From Planctomycetota bacterium (lineage in GTDB: Bacteria; Planctomycetota; GCA-002687715; DRQF01): a stretch of DNA of 46,196 nt. The notes beneath the pieces are model-generated. The model saw nothing but the letters and a program-made list of their open reading frames with translations, ran no database searches and was not told the origin of the DNA. Both the position numbers and the translations under genes were made by a program. The stretch lies in assembly GCA_036479435.1 (NCBI GenBank), contig JAZGFI010000027.1, positions 1-46,196 of the forward strand, in the 5' to 3' direction. The first letter of the stretch is position 1. Every line of letters starts with the position of its first letter. Positions 46,075 through 46,196 of this stretch are shown in pieces.

Positions 46075-46196
46075 GTCGGGTAGACCAGGGAGATTTTTCT
46101 CCCCAGCCCCCCACAGATCCGGACGTGCGCGATTGACGCATCCGGCTCCTCGTTAGACGGGTTCGCTAAGTGATGAGGACCGAGTGGACTGCCCGC
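46075..46196 (-). mobile_element. group II intron 3' end (continues beyond the window)
   Basis: D5 GAGCCGGATGCGTCAATCGCGCACGTCCGGATC (46148-46116), D6 GGGGGCTGGGGAGAAAAATCTCCCTGGTCTACCC with bulged A, terminal GAC. Confidence 0.93.
46166..46195 (-). CDS. C-terminal tail of a probable intron-encoded reverse transcriptase/maturase (partial)
   Basis: Reads RAVHSVLIT* and stops just before D5, where En-minus IEPs end; only 9 codons visible. Confidence 0.55.
   Translation of the reverse strand, partial: RAVHSVLIT

Noticed and set aside
45258..46141. ORFs 45258-46136 (+) and 45656-46141 (-) crossing the intron boundary
   Set aside because: Shadow or off-frame readings that run through structured intron RNA; not the activator frame
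1..46196. tRNA/rRNA genes, transposases, CRISPR arrays
   Set aside because: None recognised by eye; tRNAscan-SE and an IS search would be needed to exclude them formally

Overview
GC-rich bacterial chromosomal window, probably Planctomycetota (inferred from a TIGR02999-type ECF sigma factor coupled to a Ser/Thr kinase-TPR gene, a planctomycete-style IHF/HU and futalosine-pathway mqnA). It is mostly housekeeping genes (udp, deoC, nifS/iscS, uppP, CBS, serS, mqnA, hpt, folD, ispB, mobA, tatA, murA). It also holds a partial type II secretion cluster (gspD-E-F-G-H-I-J), an ArsM-like methyltransferase operon with two apparent pseudo-enzymes, mddA, a FitAB/VapBC module and an AT-richer lipoprotein islet. 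The strongest non-ORF signals are three non-coding loci. The first is a perfect 93-bp palindrome at 24933-25025 that fills the gap between the gspJ and serS stop codons. The second is the 3' end of a group II intron at the right edge, whose downstream exon is a collapsed copy of that palindrome and which interrupts a PAS/sigma-54 activator gene. The third is a decayed group II intron remnant at about 39605-39694, flanked by fragments of the same motif. Together they suggest group II introns that target a REP/MITE-like palindrome family. All calls are by-eye motif recognition; no searches were run.
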